Made by a program: the position numbers and the translations under genes. Below, in pieces: positions 1 to 13,765 of a DNA stretch of 64,000 nucleotides. Position 1 is the first letter of the stretch; each line of letters begins with the position of its first letter. Source of the stretch: Protoeuglena noctilucae (lineage: Eukaryota). Location of the stretch: the NCBI GenBank assembly GCA_958009085.1, contig OY253669.1, positions 744,001 through 808,000 on the forward strand. The letters are read 5' to 3'. The notes beneath the pieces were generated by a model. That model had not been told where the DNA came from. It saw only the letters and a list, made by a program, of their open reading frames with translations, and searched no databases.

Positions 1-498
1 TTGCTTGCTCTGTAGCGCGAGTGTGGATCGGGATTGCGCCCAACGGAAGGGTGCTTGGCTCACTGGACCCGTTGAACTGCTTTCGCGCCGCACGCATGAA
101 AACGGGAGAGCGACAGGTATCCCCGTGACTTCCGGGCAGTCCAAGCGTCTTGGCTGCCGCAGCCTGGCCTGGATGGCTGAGAGTGTGCCCTAGACGAGAA
201 CGAGATGGAGATCAATGTGTGCTCGCCCCCGTTGGGCCCGTGCGCGCGGCGACCGGGAGCACGTCTTCGAAATGCATACATCGGGATGAGGGCTCCGCCT
301 CTCCGCGCGGCTCGGGGTGAGGGGGCTCGGGGTGGTTGAGCGGCGCGGGCCGAGCAGTCCTGCCTCCCTGGTCGTTGGCCCGCACTCCCGCTCCGCCGGC
401 TGCGCACCGACGTCTCGCTTGACGTATGCTGTGCAGGAGCCAGCGGCCCGGCCCCCGTCGTCGCCAGCGATGCCCATTCGCAAGCGCGGCTCCAAGCC

Positions 499-3400
499 AT
501 GTTCGATTGGCTCAACTCGCCCCTGGTGAGAGGGCTGCGTCCACGTTCAAGCGCGCGATTTGCATGGTTCGGCCTCTTCTTCGAGCCGGATAGACGCCGA
601 GGGCCCGCGTCGGCCTCGCAACGCGCAAGGGCAAGGAGATCCCGCTTGCCCCCACAGTTCGCGCGCGCCGCGTCGACAGAGGCGCCCTCCCAGCTCATCG
701 GGGGCCGGCAGACGCTACAGAAACGCGAGCAGCCGTCGAGATCGCCGGCAGCGCAGCATCGCGGCAACGCGAAGGCGGGGACGAGCGATGCCGCCCGCAT
801 GGCCGCGGTTGGCGCCCCCGCGCCCTCCGCACGGCCCTCGCACCCCGCGGCGCGTGCGCTCGCTTCGCTGCGGGGCGCGATCACGGCCCGCACGCACGCC
901 GTCTGGAGCACGGCGCCCGCCGCGGTGCCCACCACGCCGCTGGCCGCGCAGGGGTGGGGCGCCCTGGCCATCTCCGCGGCCCTGGTGGGCAGCTGGGTGC
1001 GCGCAGCGCTGGCGAGCTGGTGGGCCTTCGACGCAGTGCAGCGTCTGTCGGGCCAGCGCATCGCCGGCGAGGCGGCTCTGGCCCAGGACGGCACTTCGTG
1101 GGCCCATGCGGCCCGCGCCAGCCTAGCATCAGCGAGCGCCGCCGCGACGCGGGCCGCGATGACGCTCCTCTCGGCGCTCTTCGGTGTGGGCCCCGCCGTC
1201 GCCGCCGTCGCCGCCGCCCGCGGCCGTGACGCCGCGTCGCGCGAGCGCTGGATGGTGGAGTCGCCGTCGTCGCCGGAGGCACCGCTCGCTCCCCCCGCGC
1301 CCGCCGGGATCTCGCCGGTGGAGCTCAGCCGTCTCCGCGACCGCCTGCGGTCCGAGGAGGCCCGCGTGCAGAAGCTCGTGTCTCAGCTGGCGGCCGAGCG
1401 TGACGTGTCCAACCGGCTGCGGGACAGGCTCGGGGAGGAGCGCTCCCGGCACCTGGAGGAGCGCCGTCTAGTGCTGCAGAACTCCCCGAGCCGCGTCGAG
1501 TTCGACATGCAGGCCGAGACGATTGCGTCGCTGCAGGCGAGCGTCGCGGCCGGGCGATTCCGCTGACAGAACAGTGGCGCCCGCAGGGTCTGAGCCCGCC
1601 GTTCTTTTTGCTAATCGCAGGCAGACTTGGCCCGGGCGAACGCGCTGATCAAGTCGCTGCCCTCCAAAGGCCAGTGGCAGGACGCGCTGCTGCAGATCGA
1701 CAAGCTGAAGGAGGAGCTGACGTCGCTGAAGGCCGAGCTCGTCCGCACGAAGAATGCGCGGGAGCAGGTGCGTGCCATCGCCGGCGCGGGTGGCGGTGCC
1801 GAGGGCACTGAGGGCTGGGTGGCGCGATGGGCGACGGGCGTGGTGTGCCGCTTTCCGCAGGCGGAGCAGGCGCTTCAGGCGGCGAAGCGCTCGGCCCAGG
1901 CGGACCTGGCGGACGTGAAGACCCGTTTGGGCCGGGAGGTGGAGGCGCGCGCGGAGCGGGAGCAGCAGGTGTCTGCGATGGAGGCAACGCACCGGCAGGA
2001 GACGGCGCGGCTGCAGGACGCCGTGACGCAGCTGGAGGCACAGCTGGCGGACGCGCGGGCGACGGGGACGGACGCGACGCGGCTGCAGGCGGCGGTGGCG
2101 GACCTCGAGTCGCGGCTGCAGGCGTCGGAGGAGCGCGCCCGGCAGGAGGCGCTGCAGCTGCGCTCGGCGGCGACGGCGCTGGAGGAGCAGCTGCGGGAGG
2201 CGCGGGCGGGGGACGAGGGGGAGGTGCAGCGGATGGGGGAGGTGATCCGCGAGCTGGAGGCGCAGGTGAAGGGGTCGCAGGAGGCCAGCCGGGCGGAGGT
2301 GGCGGGGCTGCAGCAGCTGGTGGCCACGCTGGAGGCGGAGGGCCGCGAGGCGCGGGCGTCGTTTGAGGCCCGGATGGGGGAGGTGGAGGCGGCGTACGTG
2401 CGGCAGATCGCGGAGCTGGAGGAGCGGGCGCGGGGGCTCGAGGCGGACCTCCGAGAGGCGCGGGCGGGGAAGGACGCGGGGCAGGAGCGGGGGGCGGAGA
2501 TGGAGGCGCGGGCGCGGGAGCTGGAGCAGCAGGTACGCGATATGTTCCGTGCGCTCTGTTGCTGACCATGTCACTCGCTTTGCTGATGCTTGCCCTGTCC
2601 TCCATCGTCGCCCGTGTGCAGCTCCGCTCTCCTCCCCCGCCGCAGCTCACGCAGCTCCAGGCGCTCCGGCAGGATGACGTGCAGTCCAGCGAAGCGTCGG
2701 GTGCCGCCAGCGCCGCGGCCATCGCGGATCTCAAGAGCCAGGCGAGGGGCCGGGGGACCTGGGCAGACTGCGTGCAGCTGCTGCCGTCCGGCGCGGCCGC
2801 AGCTCAGCGATCGTGGGCGCGCATGCAACGTTAACAGTCTCGTTTGGTTCTCGGTCCCAGATCGCCGCTCTCGAGCAGATGGCGGAGGAGGCGAACGCGC
2901 TCCACGCGGAGGAGATGGAGCAGCTGCGTGCGCATTACGAGTCGACGCTGGACGACGCGGCGATCGCCAAGGAAGAGATGGAGGTCGAGATGGAGCTGGC
3001 GTCGTCGCGATGGGAGGCAAGCGGGGGAGGGCGTGACGGGCGATGGCGGGCGCGTATTCCGCTTATGTGCACAGGGCTCACTGCGCTCTCGAGGCTTGTC
3101 CGCAGGTGGAAAAGGCGAGGCTCGAGACGCAGATGGCGACCATGAAGTCGCAGCTCGAGAAGGCCAAGGCGGAGCATGCGGTGAGGGCTGGGTGCCGATG
3201 AAAGGTTCATGTACCATTGGGCTAGACTAAAGGCTTTGTGCCGATGAGGGGGGGGAACCGCGCTCCCGTCTTAACCCTGCCTGTCGCGTGGAGCGGATGG
3301 GGACGCGCTAAACGTCTCGCGTGCAGGCGGAGACGACGCGCATGAACACCAAGCTGATGGAGGTCATGAAGGCTGTGTCGGAGGCGGCTGCCGAGAAGGA

Positions 3401-5613
3401 GGAGCTGGAGGGACTCGCGCTGAGCCTGAACACCCAAGTCAAGGAGCTGCGGGAGAGTCTGGTGAGCCCGCACAGGGGGGCGATGGGCATTGGTGCAAAC
3501 GCCGTTGTGCCTTGGGACTGTCGCAACCCCCGCCGCCCTCTGCCGCCCCGCAGAAGGCCATGAAGGTCACGCGATCGAACGGCAACGGCTCCCGGCCCCT
3601 GTCGCCGGGGACGGTGTTCCCCATCTCCGACACGCCCATGCCGATGCCCGGCCCCCCGGCGCCCGCGCCGGTGGTGGTGGCGGCGAAGCGCGTCGAGGAG
3701 CTGGCGCAGACGCGGACGGGCCGCACGACGCCCGCGGAGGCGGAAGCGGAGCTGGACGCGGGTGGCAGCGCCGTGCCTCTCCCGACCCAGGCGAGCGTCG
3801 CTGGGTGGGGTGCCATGCCACAGCGACCCATCTGCCCTGGTCCGGGCTCGCTCACGGCCCGCGTCGATGCAGCTGACCTCCGCCGCTGCGCCCGCCCTCT
3901 CTGCGCCTTTCCTTGTGCCACCCGCGTACACCTCCTCACACTTCCACACTCTGTGCCGGTGCCGCACATCGGTGGCTGTGCCAGACTCCCCCTCCCCGCC
4001 TCTGCTGCCTCGCAGACGGCGCCGCGCGCCCCTAGCGAGACCGTCCGCCGGGGTGTTTCTGACGAAGAGGAGTCGCTGACGGAGGGGGAGGAGACGCCCG
4101 GGTTTGACCCCGAGGACGTTCCCCTGGGGTGGGTGCGAGAGAAGGTGGTGCAGGCGTCTGCGCCGGGGCTGGTGATGCGCATGGCGGGGGTCATGGCGCC
4201 GCACGTCGAGAAGGAGGGCCGCGGGGAAGACGCCTTCTTTGTGGCGGCGCGAGGGCGGGGCGCGATTGGCGTGGCGGACGGCGTCGGGGGCTGGAACCAG
4301 GAGGGGGTCAATCCGGGCAACTTCTCGCGGATGCTGGCGCAGACAGCGCGGGGTATTATCGAGAAGGGCCCGGAGAAGGGGTGAGGGCGCGCGGAGGGCA
4401 CGGGCGCAGTGCGGGCGAGTCCGCGAGTTGGCTTAAGTGCGCGGGCATGCATGGGGCGGCCACGTTCTCACCGCCGCGCATCGCACGTCGCCCCCGCAGC
4501 AGCGACTTGCGTGTCGTGATGGACGCTGCCCACCGCGCCACAGACATCCCCGGGGGCGCCACCTTCGTGATGGCCCAGCTGGTGGCGCCGTCGGGCGGCG
4601 ACGCGGACGCCTCGGCGACCCTTCAGGGCCTCAACCTGGGCGACTCGGCCTTCATGGTCTTCCGCAACGGCCGGCGTGTGTTTGAGAGCCCCACGCAGAG
4701 CCACGGCTTCAACATGCCCTACCAGTTCACCCAAGTGTCCAGTGAGCAGCCGCTGCCGCACTCTATCGTGTTGACTTACTAGTAACTCGGCCACAGTGTT
4801 TTTCCAATAGCCCACTTCAGTGCACCCTCATCGTTCCTATCGCCTGACCAATCGCAGAGTACCTCACATGCTCACTCACCTCCCACCCCTCCTCTCCCCG
4901 CAGTGTACCCCGAGTCCGACACGGCCGACCGCGCCGAGGCAATGACCTTTGAGGTGCGGGAGGGCGACGTGGTGGTGGCGGGGTCCGACGGCCTCTTTGA
5001 CAACCTCTGGCACTACGAGATCGGGGACGAGATCGTCGCCCACGTGCGCCGCGCCACGGGCGTCGCGAACTACGGGCCCGACCCCGGCTCGCGCACCCCC
5101 AAGCGCCCCACGAGCCCCCTGGGCACCGTGGGCGATTCGCTGGGGCTCGGGAGCCTCTTCGGCACGCGGGGGTCGTATGAGGACCGGGAGACGACGGAGT
5201 CGGAGTCGGAAGAGGAGGTCGAGGGACCCGTCGTCGATCTCAGGTGAGTGGCATGGGTTGAGGGGCGTGGGTGTTGGGGCTCACTGTCGACGTCAGGTGT
5301 GGGACATGGGCTGATGGGGCGTGGAATGTGGGGCAGGAGTGATAAGAACGCCTTCATCCCCAAAACTTGCAAGTGAATCTGTCTCCTTCTTCACAGCTCC
5401 GTGGACCCCGAGCCTTTGGCCGAGCGCCTGGTGGACTTGGCGCAGAAGTACGCCTACGACGAGGGTCACTACAGCCCCATCCTGGACCGGGCCAAGGAGG
5501 AGGGGCAGCTGCCGTGGCAGATGTACCTGCGGCCCACCATGGGAGGCGGCAAGATGGACGACTGCACGGCAGTGGTGGCCATGATTGTGCGCAACGGCCC
5601 ACGCAAGGCCTGA
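499..5613 (+). CDS. Multi-exon gene (~13 exons): long coiled-coil N-terminal half fused to a C-terminal PTC7/PPTC7-type PP2C phosphatase
   Basis: Exons can be joined in frame from ATG 499 to TGA 5611-5613. PP2C motifs: GEDAFFV, GVADGVGGW, NLGDSAF, QSHGFNMPYQF, GDVVVAGSDGLFDNL, GGGKMDDCTAVV. E/Q/A/R-rich heptad exons lie at 1300-3460. Start codon is tentative. Confidence 0.8.
5233..5334 (+). repeat. Degenerate tandem duplication (period 53) of an exon end plus 5' splice site
   Basis: GTCGATCTCAG|GTGAGTGGCATGGGTTGAGGGGCGTGGGTGTTGGGG (5233) versus GTCGACGTCAG|GTGTGGGACATGGGCTGATGGGGCGTGGAATGTGGGG (5286). Confidence 0.75.
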
Positions 5614-5904
5614 GGGCGCGGCGAGCGTGCCGGCGCGGTCTCTCTCGCGCCTCGTCACGCCGCACGTCGCATGCAGCGACAGGTAGCAGCAGCGACCATT
5701 CCATCCCTGCGCGAGATGCGCGGGCATTCTTTCTCACTCCCGCGCCAGCCGCGAGCTCTAGCTCTTCAAGCGTGGGACATGGCACTGGCCCCGTATCACG
5801 GGCATCTAGTCCAACCCAGCGACACGAACTATAAGAAGCCGGGTGCGCAGGCTGAGAAGCTATCGACACGCCCAAATGCAGTTGGACTGCGGGCTCGTGT
5901 CAGG

Positions 5905-8900
5905 TCATCGTGCACCGTCCCCCCTGCCCAGCTCCTCCTCTAACTGCTCCATTTGCCGACTCAAGTCTCGGACATCCACGCCCAGCGCCTCCATCTCCGC
6001 CAGCAGCGAAGACTGGTCTAACGCATCCGCACCCGCAACGGCACCCGCCACCCCCGCCCCACCCGCCCCTTCCCCCCACCCACGCCCTGCCTCGTTCCCA
6101 TCCATGCTCTCCCCTTCTAGCAACTCCAACAGGTCTTGATTGCCACCCCCGGCACCCTCCAGGCACCCCAAACCCTCGCCGCCCAGCCCAGCCAACACCG
6201 CAGCGGACGTGTCACTGGACAGGCTCATTCCGCCCCATTCGCTCCAAGGGACGTCGTCACGCAACGAAGCCGAGTCCCCTGCGCTCCACGGCGCCTCCCC
6301 CGCATCACCCACCCACAACCCCGCACCGGCGCCCACACCACCACGACTGCCACGTGCAGGCCGCCCTGCATTTGCCACCCCGTGCCGCGCACCCCGTGCG
6401 TCAGCGCTGGCCCCGACTGCACCATGCACCACCGCCGCTCTGCCACTGTCAGGGCGCGGATGTGACCCACCCCGCCTCCCCGTGCCCTTCCCTGCGCCGT
6501 CGCCACTGCCCCGCAACGCAGTCCCGCCGCGACTCTCCCGCACCCGCGCGCCCCCAACCCCTCGCGCCCCACCCGGCGGTGCGGCTGCCACAGCAGCGCC
6601 TCTGCTCCCCGCCAGCGCCCGCGTCCCCGCCGTGCCGCAGTCATGAGCGCCCCCGACGCAGCCATCCGCCAGCCTCCCGCCCCACGCTTCGTCGACCCAC
6701 CCCGTCTCCTGCACCACCCCACAGTCGATCACCGCCAGCGCCTGTCGCACGCGGTGCCCCTGCGCCTCCCTCTCTCGTCTCCACGCCTCGGTGGCCTCTT
6801 CCAGCTGCCGCCGCCCCTCCTCCAACCCCCGCTGCGCTGCTGCCACCCTCTCCCTCTCCGCGCTCAGCTCTTGGCCTTTGCGTCTAACGCCCTCCTCGCG
6901 AGCAGCCACCTCCGCCTCCCGCTCCCGCATCGACGCCCCTGCCCGATGCACCTCCGCTTCGCGCCGCGCGACCGCGGCCTCCCGGTCCGCGCATGCCCGC
7001 GCCCGGTCGCGGAGCTGCCGCGCGGCACGCGCCAGCTTCGCCTTCTGCTCGCGCAGGTCTCTGGAACCCTCTGCATCGTCGCCCGGACTTCGCGGCTCCG
7101 GAGGAGGAGAGACGGGGGCCGCCAGGTCCGCCCTTGCCTCCCTCAGCTGAGCCTCGAGGGTCGCCACCTGAAAACACGGCACACGCTGTGGGAGTGAGAG
7201 CTGGCAGCACTGGGTGCGGTGGTAACTGCAATGGGGCCTGATGGTGCCAGCGGTGGGCACAGAGCTATGAAAGGTAGAGGCCCCTACTCCTGCTCGCCTG
7301 GGCGGCAGATTCGGAGAGAGCGCGGTCCATTGCTGCCACCCTCGCTCGCAGTCGCTCGGCCTCGGCCCTTGCGACCTCTGCCTGCCGCTCCACCGCCTCC
7401 GCCTGACGCCGCGCCACCTCCGCCTCCGCAGCGGCTGCAGCGGCGGTGCGGGCGTGCGCCGCGTCCTTTGCCACCGACGACCGCACGACCTGAGGGAGAG
7501 CGGCACGAATGCTGAGGTGGCTTGGGCTGACCAAACATGGACTCTCAGCGATGATGCATGTACCACTGCCAGGGTACCCAGGTCTTCCTCTAGGCATGAA
7601 CCCCACCCCTGGCACGTTGCGGCGCCACCGACAACCCTCTCACCTCCTCTCTGGCTACCCCCGCCGCCGCCTCTGCGTCCCTGGCCCTTGCAGCCGACCT
7701 CTCCGCTTCCTCTGCCAGCCGCCGCCCCTCGCCCCTCGCCGCCGACAGCCGCACCTCCAGGGCCTTCCTCGCGCTCTCCGACGCCTCAAGTGCTTTCTCC
7801 AACGCCTGCACCCTCGCCTGGAAGCCGCCCAGCTGCGCCTCGGACCGACGCACAACGTCGTCGACCTGCGCAGAAGCAATGACGATGATGAAGGATGCAA
7901 GAGGAGAGGAATTCCGTGCTTCAGAGACACGTCTTGCAGCAAAGGTGCCATGCCCCTTGCTGACGGTCACAAAGCTGCCCTCGCCTGCCTCGCAAGCCCC
8001 TGCGCCTGCCGCGCTGCCGCGCTCTCCCGCCGCAATCGCGTTGCCTCCTCTCTCAGCGATGCATTCTCGTCCATCAACGTCCTCAGCTTCTCTGCGAGTT
8101 GAGGGGCACCGCGAGGGAACCCTGCCGACTCAGCACAGCACATGTCACAACCACCACAGCACGATGCACCACCTTAGCCTCACCAGCCATCATCCCCGCC
8201 CCAGCTCCAGCCACCCCCGACTCCCACGACTCGCACGCACACCCCCGCGCCCCTGCACTCCTTCCTGGGGACCCCCCTGGGGACGATGCCCTGGGTCGGC
8301 AGCACGCGCAACGTGCTCTCCCGCCGCCTCGCGCCTGCCGCCCACCCCCGCCCACCAAGTCGTCATCCATATCGCTGTCCGTGTCGAAGGCCGGGCCCGG
8401 GTCCGCCTGATCGGACGCCGTGCCCGCCACCGCCGCCAGCAAGTCCGCCATCTGCAACGTGCTGCGGTCCAGATGCCTGCGAATACCATGGCACAGAGCT
8501 GGTAGCACCTGAATCACCCTTTCATGATGTCGTCTTTTGCAGACCTCATGCCAGGTTACTGTCGCTGTGCCACACAAAAACGCGACTCACCGCGTGGCCT
8601 CCGCGTGCACCTTGGTCAGCAGCGTGGCCGCTTCCGGAGTCACGGCTCCAGGCACGCGGGCGATCCCCGGGATCTCGGCCAGCACCGTCCCGGCCGCGTC
8701 CAGCAGTGCCTGGCACTGGGTGGCGCGTGCTGAGACCGCCTCTCGCAGCGCTGTCAGGTCCTCCCGAGCCGCCTGCAGGGACCAACAGCACACGGCATGG
8801 CCACACCGCACTCGCTGGCTGTGCCGGCCGAGCCTGGCAGTCCGCTGCGTGGCTCTGACACCGCCCAGTCAGGCTGGCAATTTGTGTTTGCCATGTCACC

Positions 8901-9835
8901 CCACCTCTGCAGCGGCCCTGGCTCGCGACTTCTCCTTGCTCGCCGCCTCCTGCAGTGACGACAGCTGCATGGCCATCTTCCGGTTGCTGTAGTTTGCCGC
9001 CCGGCCCCTGGCGTCTGCCTCCTTGAACATCCGCTCCAGCTCACGCTGCTTGTCCACAGCCCTGAGGCGAAGGGAGAGGGAGTCGGGGTGAGAGAAAGGC
9101 GGGAAAGGACCATCTTGCACACCACCGCGACGCATGGCGCCATGCACCCTCCTGCCAGCCACGGCTGTGACCCTTCCCAGGCTTACCTGATGCGTCGGCG
9201 CATCTCCCTCTCCAGCAACGTCTGCAGCTCCCCGACGTCTCTGGCCAACGTGCTTGCCATGCCCTTGGAGGCCCTCAGAGCCGCGTCCACCTTGCCGCCC
9301 CGGAGGATGCTCGAAATGCGGCCCGCCAGCGCCGTCTGCCGCGCCCTGCGGGAGGGCCGCGTAACGGCGAGGGTGGTCGGGTTCGTTCCGCGAGTCACTC
9401 CGGCGTTCCGTGCGAGTGATGGCGCCCTCACCTGTCCGCGGCCGAGTCATCCTCTGTGCTAGACTCCCACGCAGCACGTTTCGGTGACGTGTAGACGTTC
9501 CTCGCAGCACGAGAGGCGGGGCTGCGGTACGGCGACCGCGATCGGGACCTGCGGAGATACGACAGCGAGAGATTCCAAGACTCTGCGCTGCATCGGGATT
9601 CTTAGCTTGTCGCCCCAGCTCATCCGCCCTCGGCTGCGCACCTGCCCGGACTCGGCTCCCGTGAGCGGGTCGGGCTGGGCGAACGTGCGCCCCGTGATCC
9701 ATGGACCGTATACTTGAGATGCTGCGCACCCTGCCGGTGCTGGGGCGGGGGGCAAGGGCCCTCGACGGCAGAGCTTGCACGCCTCCGGCTGATGAGCACT
9801 GCGTGCGCTAGCAGGCACGAGTGCGTTGCGCACAT
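5905..9835 (-). CDS. Multi-exon coiled-coil protein of unknown function
   Basis: Heptad-rich exons (e.g. LQTLLEREMRRRIR, KLRTLMDENASLREEATRLRRE, VATLEAQLREARADL) join in phase. The last exon 7168-5905 is open to the stop. The 5' exons and start are uncertain. Confidence 0.6.
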
Positions 9836-10840
9836 CTGGAAAAAGCGTTTGGCTGCTGTTTGACGCGCATGTACGTCCCGGTGTCCAGGCAGCTACGAGT
9901 AATCAGCTGTTGAATGGTCACCTGGCATCGTGTGCTGGGTCAGCTCGGTGCGGTCCCGCTTGAGGAAGTCGTGTGGACTAGCGGGTCGAGGATTGTTGTC
10001 GGAAAGTCTCTTGCGGCCTGCAAGCGCGATGCCACGACGCATGGCGACGGCGCGATGGCCTGCAACACAGTGGTAACAACAGGGCTGCGCCTGCGCTCTC
10101 GGTCCATGGTGTCCGCCACCTCACTCACTGATGTAAGGTTCCAATGGTTTCTTGTCGGACAGCAGCCGCCTCGCCATTGAGAGCTTGGCCTCCACACCGC
10201 TGCGGCCCATTCCACAGCACGAGCTGAGCCCCAGGGACGCGTTAAATTGGACACCGAGTCACCCCGCGCCTAACACGCATCGGCATGGCGACGAAGAGCA
10301 GACGAAGCGTCAAGGCTGTAATGCAAACAGAAAAGTTCACGCGTGCATCACTTCAGCGAACAAAATCAACGCCAACACTGGACATGCGCAGGTGCTATCC
10401 AGCACTGCAAAACCATTCGCGTGCACAGGGAGCAGAGGATGGCATGGTCGCCCACTAGAGCAGCGACACCGTCCTCTGGCGAGGCGTCGACTCAGCATTC
10501 GCCGGCCCCCCTGCGCCGAGAAGGGTCAGCGCCTCGCTGACATATTCATGAGCGCCGACCTGTCCTAGCTCAGCACCGAAAAGCCGCGTCAAGGACTCTT
10601 TCCGCGCTGCAAGCCGCTGCCATAACCTGCGCATGTCGGGCCGAAGAGCGGCGCAGAGAGTCTTGGAACTGACGCAGGGACGTCTCCCCGCACGTAAAGT
10701 AAACCCAGAACTCCGGCGGTTTCGCCTGTGCCACCGAAATCGAGCCTCACTGGCCGCCTAGGGCCCTGGTTTGGTAGGCAGGGCGGGCGAGGGTTTAGGC
10801 ACGGCGGGGAGCCCCCCCAGGCTTTGGGAAGGGAGTCGTC

Positions 10841-13545
10841 ATGCCGCCAAAAAAGGATGACCCGGGGACGGCGCCAGAGGTGAGCTGTCGACGTGGCGCG
10901 GGGCCGTCCTGTCCCGTTGCAGGGCATCGTGGGGCCAGCAGCCCCGCACGCGTCGCCTGCGCGTTCGCTGGCCTTTCTTTCGGTACATTTTGCGACGCTT
11001 GTTCTCCCGCCGCGCGTGGATGCAGGGCGACGAGGGGGAGGAGGAGCGGGAGCTCATTGAGCGGGAGCTCGCCATCGCGTACCTCAAGAGCAAGCTCGGC
11101 AAGTACCAGCAGAGCCGGGACTCGCTCGCGGGAGAGGTGGCGTATCTCGTGGCGGAGCTGGAGAAGGAGAAGTCGGACCACCGGTGCGGGCCGCGTGAAG
11201 CCCGTCTCGCAGCATGGGATGCCGTCGCTTGCATGCGCACACGCCCGTCGCTCCCGCTCCCGCAGAGCCATCATCGATCTCTTGACGCAACAGGCGAAGG
11301 CATCCACCCAGAGGATGGAGGAGATGACGGCGCAGAAGGACAAGCTGACCAAGGAGCTCGAGGACGTGCGGAAGCAGATGAAAAAGGAGCTGGAGGAGCT
11401 TCGCGCGGAGAAGGTCCGGCGCGCCGCGAGCTATTTAGTTGCTATACGGCAGTTTGCAGCCCTCGGAGCGCCGCACGGGAGCGCCAGGCGCACGTTTGGG
11501 GACGTCGCCCTTTCTGCAGGACGCGAGGATTTCTGAGTTGGAGGATCAGACGGAGAAGCAGCAGCACAAGCTGAAGGAGTTGGAAGAGTTCACGCGTCAG
11601 AAGGAGACGCTTCAGAAGGAGCTGGAGACGGAGAAGCAGCAGCGTGCGCAGGACGAGCGCAAGTGGCGCGAGGAGAAGACCACGATGGAGCGACACTTTG
11701 TGCAGGAGAAGGACCGCTGGCAGAAGGAGCTGCAGCACCAGATCAAGGAGACGAAGGCGAGGAAGCGGAGACAGTCGGCTGATGGACGCCTGCCCTGCTG
11801 GGTGGCACATGTGTCGACGCTGCTGCGGGCGTCTGGCGTTCCGCTTGCAGGCCCAGATGATGAAGCTGATGGACAACCAGCTCGAGATCACGACGAAGCG
11901 GACCATCATGGAGAACGAGCAGATGCACGCCGAGCTGGCCTACCAGAGCCGCCAGAGCGAGAAGATCGCCGCGCGCAACAAGCAGCTGGGCGACGAGAAC
12001 GCCGACCTGAGGCGCCGCGTGGAGCTGGCCAAGCAGACCGAGGCGAGTAGAAGACGCGGGGTGGAGAACATGGTTTGTCGTGGCTTTGGCATGGGCCCTG
12101 CCATGTACTGCGCGACGAATGCCGTCGGCCCTGGCGCCTGGGTCACGCAGGTGGAGCTGGCCAAGCGCAACCACGTGTACCAGAAGACGATCAAGACGCT
12201 GCTGGCCAAGATCCGTAGCGAGACCAAGGTCGCGGAGACGGAACAGAAGGAGGCGCACGGCCTGCAGTCCCACGTCGAGGTGCGCGTCGCGCTTTGTGCT
12301 TTGTGCATCGTGCGCAGCACGTCGGCTGCGTGCGCCGCGCTCGTCTGTCTATGCAGCGCCTCTATGGAGCACCTCGTGGTGATTTACATGCACTCGACGC
12401 GGCACAGCTGCTCGGCGGGTCCCTGTGACCCATCCTGCATCGTTTCGGGCTCTCCCTGGACCGCAGCTGCTGGACAGCCGCGTCCACGCGCTGAGCATCA
12501 CGTGCCAGGAGCTGAACGACCAGCTGAGGGCGGCGAGGGACCACGCCGTCCAGCTCGAGGAGGAGCACGACCTCTGGATGCAGCGACAGGTGGGCAGGCC
12601 GTCACCACTGCTGTCACGATGGTACCGGACGCACCGCTCGGGTGCATCCTGATCATGCCCTATTTCATGGTAAACCAGAGCCTTATGTGCTTCTCCTCGA
12701 CCGCAGGGCGCCGCTGCGCTGTTCCTGATGCAGAGCATCGAGGACATTGCGTCTCTGGAGCCGGACCACGTGGACCATTCAATGCGGGACCTGGCCACGC
12801 GAGCCCAGGAGTCGTGGGCCTCCATGACGCCCGAGGACCGCACCGCGCTGCTGCGGAAGCTCCTGCTGTCGATGCAGGTGAGGGATGTGTGTACGGGAGC
12901 TGGGAGCAGGGCCAGCCTGGGCCGGTGGACTGCCGCGTGTGTGCCAGACCGGTGTGTGTGGTCGTACCTCGCAGGTGGTCGACCCCAGCATGGGCGGGGG
13001 AGGCGCCGGCAAGGCGGGCACGGTGGACCGACTGGTGCTGCCACCCGTGACTCATTCCCGGACCAAGATGTCGATGCGGCAGATCCGGGGCACGTCGCAG
13101 AAGGGTATGGGGGACGCAGGGGACACGGATGTGCGCAAGTCGTCGTCCAAGGCGAGTGAATGCGCGACGCCACCGCTCGCGGGGCTGGGTGCGGCGCGAG
13201 CGGGGCCGGGATGGCCTGTGTGTTCAACGCCTTGCAGAGAGTGGTGGCGACCAACAAGTGGCTGAAGGGGGAGCGTGGATCGGAGATCATGTACGGCACC
13301 GTTCCGGGCGTGGAGGACCTGCTGGAGGCCGTGACAAGTGGGAAGGCCGACTTTGCGCTGCTGGTGAGGGGCGCTATTTTTCGGGTGCCGTGGTGGATGG
13401 CAAACGCGCGTCGCGATGCCGACGACCACGCTCTTCTGGGTCCCTCTCCTTCCCACGCAGTCGATGCGCCATTCCACCACTCGGCCCCGCAGCGCCAACT
13501 CCATGGCATCGGGTCCCAAGAGCATCCGGAGGGGCGATGCGCTAA
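10841..13545 (+). CDS. CFAP157: Cilia- and flagella-associated protein 157 (11 exons)
   Basis: MPPKK start. Spliced product contains LEEFTRQKE, MERHFVQEKDRWQKEL, ITTKRTIMENEQMHAELAYQSRQ and KRNHVYQKTIKTLL, which match my recollection of the CFAP157 coiled-coil. Stop TAA 13543-13545. Confidence 0.8.
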
Positions 13546-13765
13546 AGGCGTAGCTGACATGCACGCGTCAGATAGCTGGCCAGCGAGCGAGCGAGATTAA
13601 TGGCTCGTCAGAGCGACCACGCTGCGCTTATTACGCTTGAAGCGAGGGGAGGGGCTAGGTCGGGCGTCACAGTGATCAGACGATAAAGGGGCGCTGGCGT
13701 GACCGATACGCCTTCCACCTTCGCCGTGTCCCGGCTCGAGACACCCAGTGGCCCCACCATCTACA

